Below, one piece after another: positions 11,328-24,217 of a DNA stretch of 64,000 nucleotides. The stretch is from Amphiscolops sp. MND2022 (lineage: Eukaryota). Every line of letters begins with the position of its first letter. The first letter of the stretch is position 1. The stretch covers positions 38,814,001 through 38,878,000 of the forward strand of contig OZ076409.1 of the NCBI GenBank assembly GCA_964187785.1. The letters run 5' to 3'. The notes below the pieces were generated by a model. It saw only the letters and a program-made list of their open reading frames with translations. It did no database searches and was not told the DNA's origin. The translations under genes and the position numbers were made by a program.

Positions 11328-13004
11328 TTTTGCGTCTGCAAGGTAAACTAACAGAAATACTTACCAAGCTTTACGACGGCCTGGTTGACAACTTGCGGAC
11401 AATTTCTCAATTTGATTGGTCCAGGAAAGGCACTTGCAGGTTCTTTTGCACTCGGTAAATTCCGAATATCCTTCTTTCTCTAATTCAGGACAATAACTTT
11501 TGTATAGAACTTTAGATTTTAGAATGTAACCAATTCCACTTAAAGCTTTAGAACTCAAATGGACGTTGTCTCTCTTCAAGTGTTTGTCACTATAGATCTG
11601 TCGGGAAATACCTCTGACTTTCTAATCTTCTTTACGCGAGGCTAGTAATGCATTCACAGTTTTTGATCTTTGAGGTAAAGAATGCCGTAATGGAATACCA
11701 ATAACAAAAACTCTTTTAACTCTAGTTAGTAAGAAGTTAGCTAGGTCTGATAATTCTTAAGTTATATCCTCTGCAGATTTTGTGGAGGGGACGTTATTGC
11801 AGAAAAGGTCGTTACCTCCAATGAAAAGAACAACAGTATCGTAACTGTCCTTTTTCGGGATAAAACTATAAACGTGTCTTACGCAAGCTCCTGGTAGCGA
11901 TAAGACGTTGAAGTTAGCAATATCAAGTCCTTTACCTTGACTATCGGCAATTAGCAAATTTCTAGTCCTAGATGATTTGAAAAGATGATACCGCATCTAT
12001 TTTCAAGTTAAAACACAGCTGGCGTTGCTAAGAATAAGTTTTCGAAGTCGGTGAAGCAATTACTGCATCTTTGACTTTAACTTATTCTGTTTCACAAACA
12101 TAAAGTAGCTTTGGAGCTCTAAATTGTGAATATAGGAATCAACTTAGCTGTCCTGATGAAGAGTAGTTTCTGTTGATCTGCTGAACCAATTGATCGATCC
12201 CAATCCTCTTCTCCACGATAACAATCTCAAGCAAAAATATCGCAACTGTATGCAATATAATAAAATGACGTTGGAATTTCGAAACAATACAATATCACTC
12301 GTTCAACTCCAAAAAAGCTCTTCAATAGCCAGAGTTAACTGAAAAAATTGTACGAGAAACTTCCAAGCTTTCACTTTCTTCAATACTTGAGTAACAAAGT
12401 CGACTGATTTGAATCCCTACTTGGTTGCTCTGTGTTTTAGTAGGAGTTAACTCTGGTTACTTTTTCATACGGGAAATACCAAATGGCGGATGTTTGTGGT
12501 TAAATTTACCATCACCATGCAGGCACCTTGATATATAGAATAAGCAGAAACAAACTATTTAACTGGGCTAGATGTATACACCAAAATATGTAAAAGTATT
12601 TATAAAAGGCATACATTTAAGCAAGATTAAGGCATACATTTACACATGTTATTTGCTATAGATTAATCAACGATGTTTGTAAATGGTGCTGTTGGATACC
12701 CAGAGCACCCAGGTAGCCCAAATAAGGAGCTCGTAACGACTTTAACACTTTAAACAAAGATTATAGTTCAAATATACTCCTAAATTAAGGAAAGGGTCAA
12801 AATGGGGACGTAAGACAAGAATTTAAAATTTTTGTCTTCGATTTTCAATTTTTTAGCCTAAATCTCTCATTTGGGTCAAAACATGTTGATTGGGCGAAAA
12901 CTAGCACTCAAATTCAATTCTACACATTTTAACAGCATTTGAAATTGGCTAACTTGACTTATTTTTCATTCAATTTTTTCGGAACAAATTTTGAGGCGCG
13001 AACA
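11328..13004 (-). repeat. 3' LTR of BEL element (1677 bp)
   Basis: Near-identical to 20809-22418; TGTT start after the PPT, CAAAA end, followed by the TSD. Confidence 0.93.
11361..11996 (-). pseudogene. SGNH/GDSL hydrolase (esterase)-like ORF inside the 3' LTR; two in-frame stops
   Basis: One frame, reading through TAA and TAG: LLIADSQG (block I), LPGA (II), FIGGNDL (III), DNVHL (V). Confidence 0.8.
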
Positions 13005-16000
13005 ATGCCGGCCCCGTTTTCAGCTCGAAAACGCTTTTCAAAAAGTGGCGCCAGTTTAACCACAGGTCGTTTCAGGGTTCCATCGACAGTTTTGATTAGT
13101 GCTGATCTCACAATACCATCTTTTCCAGGGAATACTTCCATGACTCGCGCCATCTTGTAGTGAGACCTTCTAACATTGTCTTCTATCAGCCAAACAAGAT
13201 CTCCAACTTGAATATTTGGCTCTGACTTGTTCCATTGTGCTCTTACATTGTTCTGAGGAAGGTATTCTTTCACCCATCGGTTCCAAATCATGTCTGCATA
13301 AGCTTGGCTTGATCTAAACATCTTTCTATGGTTAGCATAAACCTCTGCGTTTGGAATAAAGGGAATGCAAACATTCGCTCGACCAATAATAAAATGGTTC
13401 GGTGTAAGTGCTTCAAGATCTTCAGGATCATCGCTTGCTGGAGTAATAGGACGCGCATTTAATGTTTGTTCCACTAGGCACATAGTTGTCAATAAACTTC
13501 ATCTGTAAGAGATCGATTACCCAATATAGCCACCATTGACTTTTTGCATATTCGAACTAATCTCTCCCATGCACCACCAGAATGGGGTGCACCAGGAGGG
13601 TTAAACTTCCATACAATGTGCTTCTGAGCAAGCTCTGACGTTATTTGATCTTGATTCCATGAGTTGCTGTACTCCTTCAACTCTCTTGCTGATCCAAAGA
13701 AGTTAGGACCGAAATAATCCATCCCAACGTTGGTGAACGGATATGACTGATAATCAAGTCTCTCTGGGGGTAAGTCGGCCATGAACGGGGTTTTATTCTG
13801 TGCACGTACTTTGCGACAGAACACACAACTAGTTTTAACACTTCTCAAAGCGTTTCGTAACCCTATTATCCAAAATTTTTGTTGAATAACACTTCTCACA
13901 TACTCTACACCTTCATGATTGTGTTCGAAGTGTAGATCTCGCAACATGGTCATTACCATGTCGTGTTCAGTAGATAGCAATACTGGGTGACGCTGTTCGA
14001 AGCTCAAGTTGGCATGTTTGATGCGACCCCTAATTCTGATAACTCTTTTTTCATCGAAGAAGGGTGCAAATTTTGATAGATTTCCGCCTTTTTTAGTTTT
14101 ACCGAAACTTTCCTTCTCATCAAAAAGGTCCGGGAAAGATTCTTTCTGAATCATTTTCAAAACTCTTTCTTCTGCTTGATTCAATTCTTCAACAAGTAAA
14201 ACTTTAGATTGACTTTTATACTTCAACCGCAAACAAAACGCGATAACACGGACGCATTTCGAGAAACTATTAAATTTTTTCCAATCAACAGGTGGCTCCT
14301 GAGTCATACTTGTGTTCGCAATTACTGCAACTTCAACATGATCATCAGAAATCACGTGAATTGGATGCAAAGATAACGGCCAATCCTCAGGCTGGTCTTT
14401 CAACCAAGAAGGTCCGGTTAACCATTCGCTTTCAGATAACTTTTCTATAGTTATCCCACGAGTTCCAATGTCAGATGGATTCAACTCGCCACGGATATGT
14501 TTCCATTCATCAATGGTGGAGTTTTCCAAAATTTCAGCTGCTCTATTGGCAACAAAGACATTCAGCTTTTTGTCCGCTGAGTTTAACCATTGCAATACGG
14601 TAACGGAATCTGTCCAATGAGTAACACCATTAATAGGTAAATCGTGTTCTTGAATGATCAACTTTCTCAACCTCACAGAATACAAGGCTGCTTGTAGCTC
14701 TAGACGAGGAATAGACAACTGTTCGATAGGAGCTATTCTGCATTTGCCCAACACAAAGGACACTTCGATGCCATCTTCGAGTTCTCCTCGAAAATATGCA
14801 ACAATGCACCTTGCTTCCAAAGAGGCATCACTGAAAATATGTAACTGCACGTTCTTGGGGATATTGGAAAAATACTTCCGGGAAAGAGATGTCTGCTTAA
14901 TTGTCTGCATTTCTTGTACCCACTCGAAGAATATTCTCTTATCTTCTTCACTGATATTTTCGTCCCACGACTGACCAAAACGGATCCAAATACTCTTCAA
15001 AAGCATTCTCATTCGCATGGTAAACGGTGCGAAGATTCCCATGGGATCAAATACAGATGAAACAAAGGATAGTACCACTCGTTGCGTTACTTCTTGTGGA
15101 CATTCTTTGTTTGGTCCTCGGCAGACTTGAAGACTATCCGAATCTCTGATCCATTCGAGACCTAGGATGGGCGATGAATCCGCATTCAATGTAAATTCAT
15201 TAGATTCCAGATGGTCTTCCGAGGGGATAACTTCAAGCACTTCAGGGCAATTGCTCGCCCATTTTTTTAAAGTAAACCCACTGCGCTTCAGTGTTTCCAC
15301 TAACTGTTGATAACATTCAATGGCCTCTTGTGGTGTATCAACACTCTTGACAAGGTCGTCCAATTAGAAGTTTCTGTCTCTTGTAGCGGCTGCTACAGGA
15401 AACTTCGTTTTGTTTTCCCTACCGCCTTGTTGGAAACCATAATTGGCACACGTTGGGGAACTCTTTGCTCCGAACACATGCCTATTATACTCGAAAACTC
15501 CAATGTTATCTTCTGGCTTATCTCGCCAGAGAAAACGTAGAACTCTACATTCTTCTTTCGGAACTGCTACTTGCAAAAACATAGACTCTATATCGGCAGT
15601 GATTGCTATCAGGTGCTCTCTGAACCTGAAAACAATTCCCACAAAGTTGCGCAATAATTCAGGTCCACTGAGAAGTTTGTCATTTAGCGAAACGCCTCTA
15701 AATTTTGAAGCCGCATTACAAACCCTTCTGACCTTGCCTGGCTTATGTGGATGTTTCGCTGGGTGATGAGGTAAGTACCATTGCATATCATTCTCTGTTC
15801 TGGAAACTTCTTCCTGATCCAGTTTTCGAACAAAATGGTTTTCCAAGTCCTTCTCAATGGTAGCTTTGTAAGCTTCTTTCAATTCAAGGTCTTTCTCCAA
15901 CCTTTTTTCCATCGACAAGAACTGCTGATATGCTGAGTAAAAATTGTTAGGCAGGTCGGGATTGTCATCAGCCCACATTAAACCAACTTCATAACGTTCA

Positions 16001-16575
16001 CCGTTATGCTTTGTTGTTCTTTCTAAAATTGACAGTGCTCTCTTTTCTTCTTTGGATCGACCAGAGACATCACACACTGACGCGTATGTCGCCATGTCCC
16101 ACCATTTTTTCATCTGATTTGCCAGTGGGTCGGGTGCAACTGAAAGGTTGCAAGAAACCGATATGTTACTTGTTTCCTTTTTTGGCAAGGCTCCGCTAAT
16201 GGTCCAACCCAGTGCTGTTGTAACTGCCCATGGTTGATTTCTTTCGCCAGATATGTATTCCAGCGGCCTGATCAAATGATAAGCATCCTGTCCGAAAATC
16301 ACTTTAACATCAGTCATTGAGACTTTATTATTAGGCAGATCAGATAAGTATTGGTACTCTTCTTTTAGTTTTCTGAGATCGTAGTCTTTTTCACCAACAT
16401 TTAGGTTAGGATGACTGCAGAACGTTGCAGTCTCTCCAGCCGTTTCTGCTTCGCTGGAACCCACTTTGGCTGTTACTATTTGCGTTTTCAAATCAGACAA
16501 ACCATGAATGCAAGCAACGGACATTACGGACTCTTTATCTTTCAACCTGAGAAGATCAACCAAACTTTGATCCAT
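12959..16575 (-). pseudogene. BEL pol: protease C-part, RT, RNase H, integrase (disrupted)
   Basis: WYLPHH, DIESMFLQ, FGAKSSP, NF*LDDL (catalytic Tyr changed to stop at 15364), FSDAS, IPRLELQAA, WTDS, DYFGP joined directly to NFFG (integrase core deleted), LTPNHF. Confidence 0.92.
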
Positions 16576-18565
16576 TAACGAAACAGTGGATCCGGTATCA
16601 CAGAGCGCAATGGTTCAACGCATCGTTTTTCATTACCTATCGAAATAGGAATCAGCTGTAAGAAACAGTTGTTGCCTGTCGACATCATAGAAGAGCTGCC
16701 GGCCCTGCTTTGAGGCGCCGAGTTTTCTGTTTTCTTGTCATTGGTGACCTTATCTATTTTCAGCGCATCAGAGTGTAGAAGCCTGTTGTGTTTCTTAGTG
16801 CAACCATTCACACCGCAGACACGTTCTGACTTGCAGTCTTTAATCAGGTGAGAATTAAGACAACAGAAACAAAGTTTCAGTTTTTTCAACGTTTCATATC
16901 TTCCGTTGACAGCTTGCTGTTTGAATTTGTTGCACATCCAAATTTTATGATCGCCATCTTTCAATGGACATTGCTCACTAGAAGTTGATGTTGGTTTACC
17001 TTGGTCATTGGCAGCAAATGTTGACGTCTTAACCTTTTCGGTTGATCCAGTGGCTTTTTTCTCAAATGGTGTTTTGAATTGCACCATCATTTCATCATGC
17101 ACATAGGCAACTTCATATAGCCACTCGCTAAATTTGCAAAGATCTGCATTATAGTAGCTTTTGCTTTTTGCAAGGAAAAACCATTTTGTTTTCAATTCAG
17201 GAGGTAACTTTCTCAAAGCTGAATTGAGGACTGACTCCATCGACAAGAACTGCTGATATGCTGAGTAAAAATTGTTAGGCAGGTCGGGATTGTCATCAGC
17301 CCACATTAAACCAACTTCATAACGTTCACCGTTATGCTTTGTTGTTCTTTCTAAAATTGACAGTGCTCTCTTTTCTTCTTTGGATCGACCAGAGACATCA
17401 CACACTGACGCGTATGTCGCCATGTCCCACCATTTTTTCATCTGATTTGCCAGTGGGTCGGGTGCAACTGAAAGGTTGCAAGAAACCGATATGTTACTTG
17501 TTTCCTTTTTTGGCAAGGCTCCGCTAATGGTCCAACCCAGTGCTGTTGTAACTGCCCATGGTTGATTTCTTTCGCCAGATTTGTATTCCAGCGGCCTGAT
17601 CAAATGATAAGCATCCTGTCCGAAAACCACTTTAACATCAGTCATTGAGACTTTAATATTAGGCAGATCAGATAAGTATTGGTACTCTTCTTTTAGTTTT
17701 CTGAGATCGTAGTCTTTTTCACCAACATTTAGGTTAGGATGACTGCAGAACGTTGCAGTCTCTCCAGCCGTTTCTGCTTCGCTGGAACCCACTTTGGCTG
17801 TTACTATTTGCGTTTTCAAATCAGACAAACCATGAATGCAAGCAACGGACATTACGGACTCTTTACCTTTCAACCTGAGAAGATCAACCAAACTTTGATC
17901 CATAAACGAAACAGTGGATCCGGTATCACAGAGCGCAATGGTTCAACGCATCGTTTTTCATTACCTATCGAAATAGGAATCAGCTGTAAGAAACAGTTGT
18001 TGCCTGTCGACATCATAGAAGAGCTGCCGGCCCTGCTTTGAGGCGCCGAGTTTTCTGTTTTCTTGTCATTGGTGACCTTATCTATTTTCAGCGCATCAGA
18101 GTGTAGAAGCCTGTTGTGTTTCTTAGTGCAACCATTCACACCGCAGACACGTTCTGACTTGCAGTCTTTAATCAGGTGAGAATTAAGACAACAGAAACAA
18201 AGTTTCAGTTTTTTCAACGTTTCATATCTTCCGTTGACAGCTTGCTGTTTGAATTTGTTGCACATCCAAATTTTATGATCGCCATCTTTCAATGGACATT
18301 GCTCACTAGAAGTTGATGTTGGTTTACCTTGGTCATTGGCAGCAAATGTTGACGTCTTAACCTTTTCGGTTGATCCAGTGGCTTTTTTCTCAAATGGTGT
18401 TTTGAATTGCACCATCATTTCATCATGCACATAGGCAACTTCATTTAGCCACTCGCTAAATTTGCAAAGATCTGCATTATAGTAGCTTTTGCTTTTTGCA
18501 AGGAAAAACCATTTTGCTTTCAATTCAGGAGGTAACTTTCTCAAAGCTGAATTGAGGACTGACTC
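15908..18565. repeat. 1328-bp tandem duplication spanning gag C-terminus, protease and pre-RT region
   Basis: 15908-17237 repeats as 17236-18565; the junction fuses QQFLSME to SVLNSAL through a TC microhomology. Confidence 0.93.
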
Positions 18566-20456
18566 TGAGTACAAATCTCCAGTGAAACCAAATTGTTTCA
18601 ATACGATGACACAAGTAGTGATCAACTGAGCATACTTTATAATAGCTGCTGAGTCATGCGACTTGATAAACGGACTCAAATGTATTTGCTTCATTTGAGC
18701 ATTCACAATTGTTTGCGGACGTCCGAAATTGGTAACCAAAGCATTCCATGCAGCACTATACATGATTCCTGAGTACCCAAGACCAGCAATTGCCGCCTTG
18801 GCTTTACCTTTAACGAGCGTTTTCAAGTGACTCATTTTTGCATTGTCATCGATTGGTGCGTTATGGATGGTTGCTGTAAACAAGCTGGACCATTCCGGCT
18901 ATTCCAAAGGATCTCCGTGAAATTCATATAATTTTAACTTAGGTAAACTTGTTTGAACAAATTGTACAGGTTGCTGTAAAGGTACTGCTGGGAAAAAGGA
19001 AGGAAAAGGATTTTCTATTTTGAAAGTGGGCTTCGCGAATTCATGTTTAGGCTTCGGTTCGTCATTGCGTTGCTGAAGTGAAAGTTTTGTTTTCGGAAAA
19101 GTGATTCCAGCGTTTTTTCTCGGAGGTGACTTACTGATACCTCTGCTTTGAGGTTGCGAAGGCAGGAAATGATTTCTCTGAGGAGAGTGTTTTGGAAATC
19201 TCTGAGGTAGTCTTCTTGATCCACATTTGATTTCTACCTCTCTACTAGATTCCTTCGGTTGTGAGAAACCTTTTTCGAGATTTTCATTACTCCGTTCTAA
19301 CCAGCTTCTGATGTCACTGTTTTTATCTTCTTCAAGTGTGAGAGACATCAAGCTATGACAAACCGACAAAGCACGAACTGACCCCTCAGCTTCTTCTACT
19401 TGCAGTCTCATTTCGTGCTGCTCAAGCGCTTTTCTGCTCTCCATTTCAGCAATTTCAGCTTCCGCTTGTAGATCTAGGAGCTTCTGATGCATCTCTATTT
19501 CCATTTGCTTTTTCGTTTTCTCCAGTTTCAATTCTCGCTGCCTTTTCTCAATTTCTAACTGAGACTTTTGTTCTAGTACTTTAGTATGCATCTCTAAGCG
19601 TCGTAGTTCACTAACCCTTGACAACTCGGAACCCACTCTTGAGCCCAACGGTTTGCAGGTATCACTTTTCGGCAAAGTTCTTGAAGGTGAGAAGTCCACT
19701 AATGAACGTCGCTTCACTGTACTCAAAGTCGCTGATCCTGTTTGCCGAGGAACAACTTCCGTACGGTTTTCACTCCTATCGAACACTGTGGATTGGTTAA
19801 CATCTCTTGGCAATTTCAGATTTTTTTCCAGTGTATCGTCTGCACTTTGACGCAAATTCCGAGTTTGACTACCTTCATCGCCAGTCGATGTCACTGGAAT
19901 GTCTTTCATTGAGGTAGTTTCTCCCAACCCATCTGACATCATTGGTTGGTTCCAATGATCCTTTACTTCATTCAAACGATCGACATAGTTCATAGTTCAA
20001 TGAATCTGTCGTCGCTTGTTGTATTTTCACACTGAAGTCTCTAATTTCCTTTTCAAACATCGACAACTCTCCAATTGATTCCGTTTTTAGCTGGCTACAA
20101 ACACTTTCGTAAACCTTATCCAGCTTAGTTTTGAATTCTTGAAGTTTTTGTATAGATGACTTCACTTTACTTGACCTTTCTTTTTGTTTCATCAAGTTGT
20201 TAATCGTATCTAATTCACTGGACAAGTTTCGTGTCATTTCGGAAAATTGATCCACGGACTTACAAAACTTCAGCAAATCTCTTTCATCTTTTAACTTCTG
20301 GTGAAGGCTACCGATAAATCCAAGATTTCGGAGGTCTTTACACCATTCTGTGAATCGTTCTTCGAATTCCAAATTTAGTTTTTTAAGAGCCGTTCTGCGA
20401 TCACTTTGGTTCTTTTCTTTCAATATTGGGAGATACAGTTCGAATTCTTTCTTCAA
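17870..20456 (-). pseudogene. BEL gag (coiled coil, DUF1759-like region, Cys/His knuckles), broken into three ORFs
   Basis: LPKLKLYEFHGDPLE, KMSHLKTLVKGKAKAAI, LCFCCLNSHLIKDC...CGVNGCTKKHNRLLH; protease DTGS is out of frame. Confidence 0.88.
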
Positions 20457-20788
20457 TTCATCCTTAGACGCCCAAAACTTTATACAAAAATTGCCCTTAT
20501 CGACCCAAAGAACTGGATTGTTTGACTTTATAGCAAGTCATGTTCCATATTTCGAATGGTCGAGACAATGTCAACTACCCGTTTTTCATGATTGATCCTG
20601 TCACTCAACGTGGATGAGTTTTTTAACGAATCCGAAAATGGGACTTTTCTTTCAGTTCCATTTTTTGACACGGTCATGAATTGAGGATCATAAAGCCCAC
20701 CTTCAGCCATTGTCTTTTGTTTGTTTCACAGTGGTCAGATAGGCAAATTTCACAAAAGCTCAAATGGGTTAAATTTGCAGAGTGCCTT

Positions 20789-20805
20789 CTCGTGTCGCGG
20801 CACCA
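20789..20805 (-). promoter_or_regulatory. primer-binding site, tRNA-His-like (TGGTGCCGCGACACGAG)
   Basis: 3 nt downstream of the 5' LTR end; TGGTGCCG core. Confidence 0.7.
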
Positions 20806-20808
20806 AAA

Positions 20809-22418
20809 TTTTGCGTCTGCAAGGTAAACTAACAGAATTACTTACCAAGCTTTACGACGGCCTGGTTGACAACTTGCGGACAATTTCTAAATCTGATTTG
20901 TCCAGGAAAGGCACTTGCAGGTTCTTTTGCACTCGATAAATTCCAAATATCCTTTTTTATCTACTTCAGGACAATAACTATTGTATAGAACTTTAGATTT
21001 TAGAATGTAACCAATTCCACTTAAAGCTTTAGAACTCAAATGGACGTTGTCTCTCTTCAAGTGTTTGTCACTATAGATCTGTCGGGAAATACCTCTGACT
21101 TTCTAATCTTCTTTACGCGAGGCTAGTAATGCATTCACAGTTTTTGATCTTTGAGGTAAAGAATGCCGTAATGGAATACCAAGAACAAAAACTCTTTTAA
21201 CTCGTTATTGCAGAAAAGGTCGTTACTTCCAATGAAAAGAACAACAGTATCGTAACTGTCCTTTTTCGGGATAAAACTATAAACGTGTCTCACGCAAGCT
21301 CCTGGTAGCGATAAGACGTTGAAGTTAGCAATATCAAGTTCTTTACCTTGACTATCGGCAATTAGCAAGTTTCTAGTCCTAGATGATTTGAAAAGATGAT
21401 ACCGCATCTATTTTCAAGTTAAAACACAGCTGGCGTTGCTAGGAATAAGTTTTCGAAGTCGGTGAAGCAATTACTGCATCTTTGACTTCAACTTATTCTG
21501 TTTCACAAACAAGGTAGCTTTGGAGCTCTAAATTGTGAATATAGGAATCAACTTAGCTGTCCTGATGAAGGGTAGCTTCTGTTGATCTGCTTAACCAATT
21601 GATCGATCCCAATCCTTGTGTCCACGATAACAATCTCAAGCAAAAAAAACGCAACTGTGTGCAATATAATAAATTGACGTTGGAATTTCGAAACAATATA
21701 ATATCACTCGTTCAACTCCAAAAAAGCTCTTCAATAGCCAGAGTTAACTGAATAAATTGTACGAGAAACTTCCAAGCTTTCACTTTCTTCAATACTTGAG
21801 TAGCAAAGTCGACTGATTTGAATCTCTACTTGGTTGCTCTGTGTTTTAGTAGGAGTTAACTCTGGTTACTTTTTCATACGGGAAATACTAAATGGCGGAT
21901 GTTTGTGGTTAAATTTACCATCACCATACAGGCACCTTGATATATAGAATAAGCAGAAACAAACTATTTAACTGGGCTAGATGTATACACCAAAATATGT
22001 AAAAGTATAAATAAAAGGCATACATTTAAGCATGATTAAGGCATACATTTACACATGTTATTTGCTATAGAATAATCAGCGATGTTTGTAAATGGTGCTG
22101 TTGGATCCTCAGAGCACCCAGGTAGCCCAAATAAGGAGCTCGTAACGACGCCTTTAACACTTTAAACAAAGATTATTGTTCAAATATACTCTTAAAATAA
22201 GGAAAGGGTCAAAATTGGGACGTAAGACAAGAATTTAGAACTTTTTGTCTTCGATTTTCAATTTTTTAGCCTAAATCTCTCATTTGGGTCAAAATATGTC
22301 GATTGGGCGAAAACTAGCACTCAAATTCATTTCTACACATTTTTACAGCATTTTGAAATTGGTTAACTCGACGTATTTCTCCTTCAATTTTTTCGGAACA
22401 AATTTTGAGGCGCCAACA
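20809..22418 (-). repeat. 5' LTR of BEL element (1610 bp)
   Basis: TGTTGG start, homologous to the 3' LTR except for a 70-bp deletion and scattered substitutions. Confidence 0.93.
20842..21407 (-). pseudogene. second copy of the SGNH hydrolase ORF, in the 5' LTR (70-bp deletion)
   Basis: MRYHLFKSSRTRNLLIADSQGK...FIGSNDL; lacks the equivalent of 11723-11792; shares the TAG stop. Confidence 0.75.
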
Positions 22419-22866
22419 CACAGCTAAAGCACCTCATATTCAATTTTGGACTCAGTGTCCACGCGCCTTTGTTTGCTAGCATATCAAGTACTATTTACGG
22501 CATATGGCCCTTAAGTCCTTTAATTAAAGCACAGCACATTGAGTGAATAAACGAATGGCGCGCTAGGATTGGCTGAATAATTGGACGGACTGCGTGTCTA
22601 GCGAGACAGGAGAGGAAACATTTGAACTCGTTTCCTCTACCTGTACGCCTTGGTGTCCAATTTCTCAGCTAATATATGCTTGTACATAACTTTACACGTG
22701 TGAATAGGTAAGTTCCAACTTTGTTACAATCAACAGAACATTTTACATGATTATTCTCATTTCGACTTTAAGATCATAAAGACTACAAGTAGAACGTTAC
22801 ATAAGTAAAAATCATATATAATAGAACGAGTTTGTAGTTTATGAATTTTGTATGAACATCTTTTTT

Positions 22867-23583
22867 TCAATTTATTGGGAGCGTGCCGGGGAGAGTGTCA
22901 TAGTTGTATCCAATTGAATACCAGTTGCCATCGCAGGCGGCAGCCCGCAACACTCCCCCAGGCATGAGGAGAAAAGTCCCTGCATTCATTCCATCTGGGA
23001 AAGCTCTCCTTCTGCCTTGAGTTTCCGCGAGATTCTCCACCACCATCACCGTCTTGTTCAAGTAGTCGTTGACGGTTTCCTCTTGGATTTGTTGCGCTGG
23101 CTTTCCACATACGACGCAGTCAGAGTATCCAATCATGGGGGACGACTCTGCTAATGCCATTCCATCAAAATGGCTGGCGATTGTTTCCATTGAATTTGTC
23201 ATTGATTGCGACGGACTGCTGAACGCGTTGTAAGAGCATTGAGGCCTTCTGTCCTTTTCAGGAGGAGATAGTGGGGTGTCTACCTGAGGCACTAGATTTC
23301 GGCAAACGTTTATCGGGTGATTACTCTTTACCCTGTCGTCGCAAGCTAAAGGGCCGTTCCCATTTCCGATGTTAAAATACTTTTGACTAAAGGTAGGGAA
23401 TGGTGGCCTGTTTGGTCTTGGCGTCGCATCCCTCTTTCGTTTTCCCGAAGGACCGGGCATAGGAATTGGAATGGGATCGGCCAGTTGTCTCTCAATGCAC
23501 CTCGCCATAACACGGATTTCTTCTGTCTCTTCGCCTGGCTCAGACTCGAAATCGCCTATGGATCCTGAACTGATGCAATCCAT
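22867..23583 (-). CDS. orphan 238-aa ORF (NLS-like KRKR, Pro/Ser-rich middle, CxxC)
   Basis: Long, GC-richer ORF in AT-rich context; frame stays open upstream to ~23706; no family recognised. Confidence 0.45.
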   Translation of the reverse strand: MDCISSGSIGDFESEPGEETEEIRVMARCIERQLADPIPIPMPGPSGKRKRDATPRPNRPPFPTFSQKYFNIGNGNGPLACDDRVKSNHPINVCRNLVPQVDTPLSPPEKDRRPQCSYNAFSSPSQSMTNSMETIASHFDGMALAESSPMIGYSDCVVCGKPAQQIQEETVNDYLNKTVMVVENLAETQGRRRAFPDGMNAGTFLLMPGGVLRAAACDGNWYSIGYNYDTLPGTLPIN

Positions 23584-24185
23584 ATTGTCCTTTTCGTCGC
23601 TGGAAATATAGATGATTGCTGGTTCGCCTTCAGATCGTGCAGCGCCAATGAAGTCTATGGGAAAATCTCTTGTAGGTCCATGGTGTATCGTTTCAACAGT
23701 GTTTTCTCAGCAGTTTTGAAAAGCACTCAGAACTTGATTTTATTCGATTCTTGAAAGCAGCTGATTTGGAGAGTCAGATTCATAGAAATGGCAATTTTCC
23801 TTTCCTTCGACTTGCGGGATTTTGTTGTCACGAGTCTTTCCTTTCCCGGGTTTTCTGTCCCGATTCTCGTCTTGTAAGTTTTCAATAACAAAACTTCCCT
23901 CTCGAACCCTTTCATCAAGCCGCCAGGTCGTTTTACATTTGTCGGCAATCACCTTGTTGACCACCATCAACTATGTTAGCACTCCTAATTCAGGAGTGTT
24001 GCCTCAAGTGTTTATTAACACTCATCAGGTACTTGAGACTTTCAAGTAGGTGAAGATATGGCAATCTGCAACGCCGACCATCGTCAATGTGATCAGCCAA
24101 TAAAAACGCAGCAAATTTTCTCCCAAGTCGAAATGGCTTCTCAAGGTCGTTGGTCCATATAAGGAATAATGTAAAATGACCTTGA

Positions 24186-24217
24186 AAATAAAATAAAATA
24201 AAATAAAATAAAATAAA
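24186..24217. repeat. (AAAAT)n microsatellite
   Basis: About six tandem AAAAT units. Confidence 0.9.

Larger units (their letters stand above)
11328..22418 (-). mobile_element. full-length, non-functional BEL/Pao LTR retrotransposon
   Basis: Two homologous LTRs, 5-bp TSD CACAG (11323-11327 and 22419-22423), PBS, PPT GGGGCCGGCA, BEL-type gag/PR/RT/RNase H/IN motifs. Confidence 0.96.

Noticed and set aside
12000..12520. Second, hydrophobic ORF upstream of the SGNH ORF in the BEL LTR
   Set aside because: Needs frameshifts and stop read-through in both LTRs and has no recognisable motif
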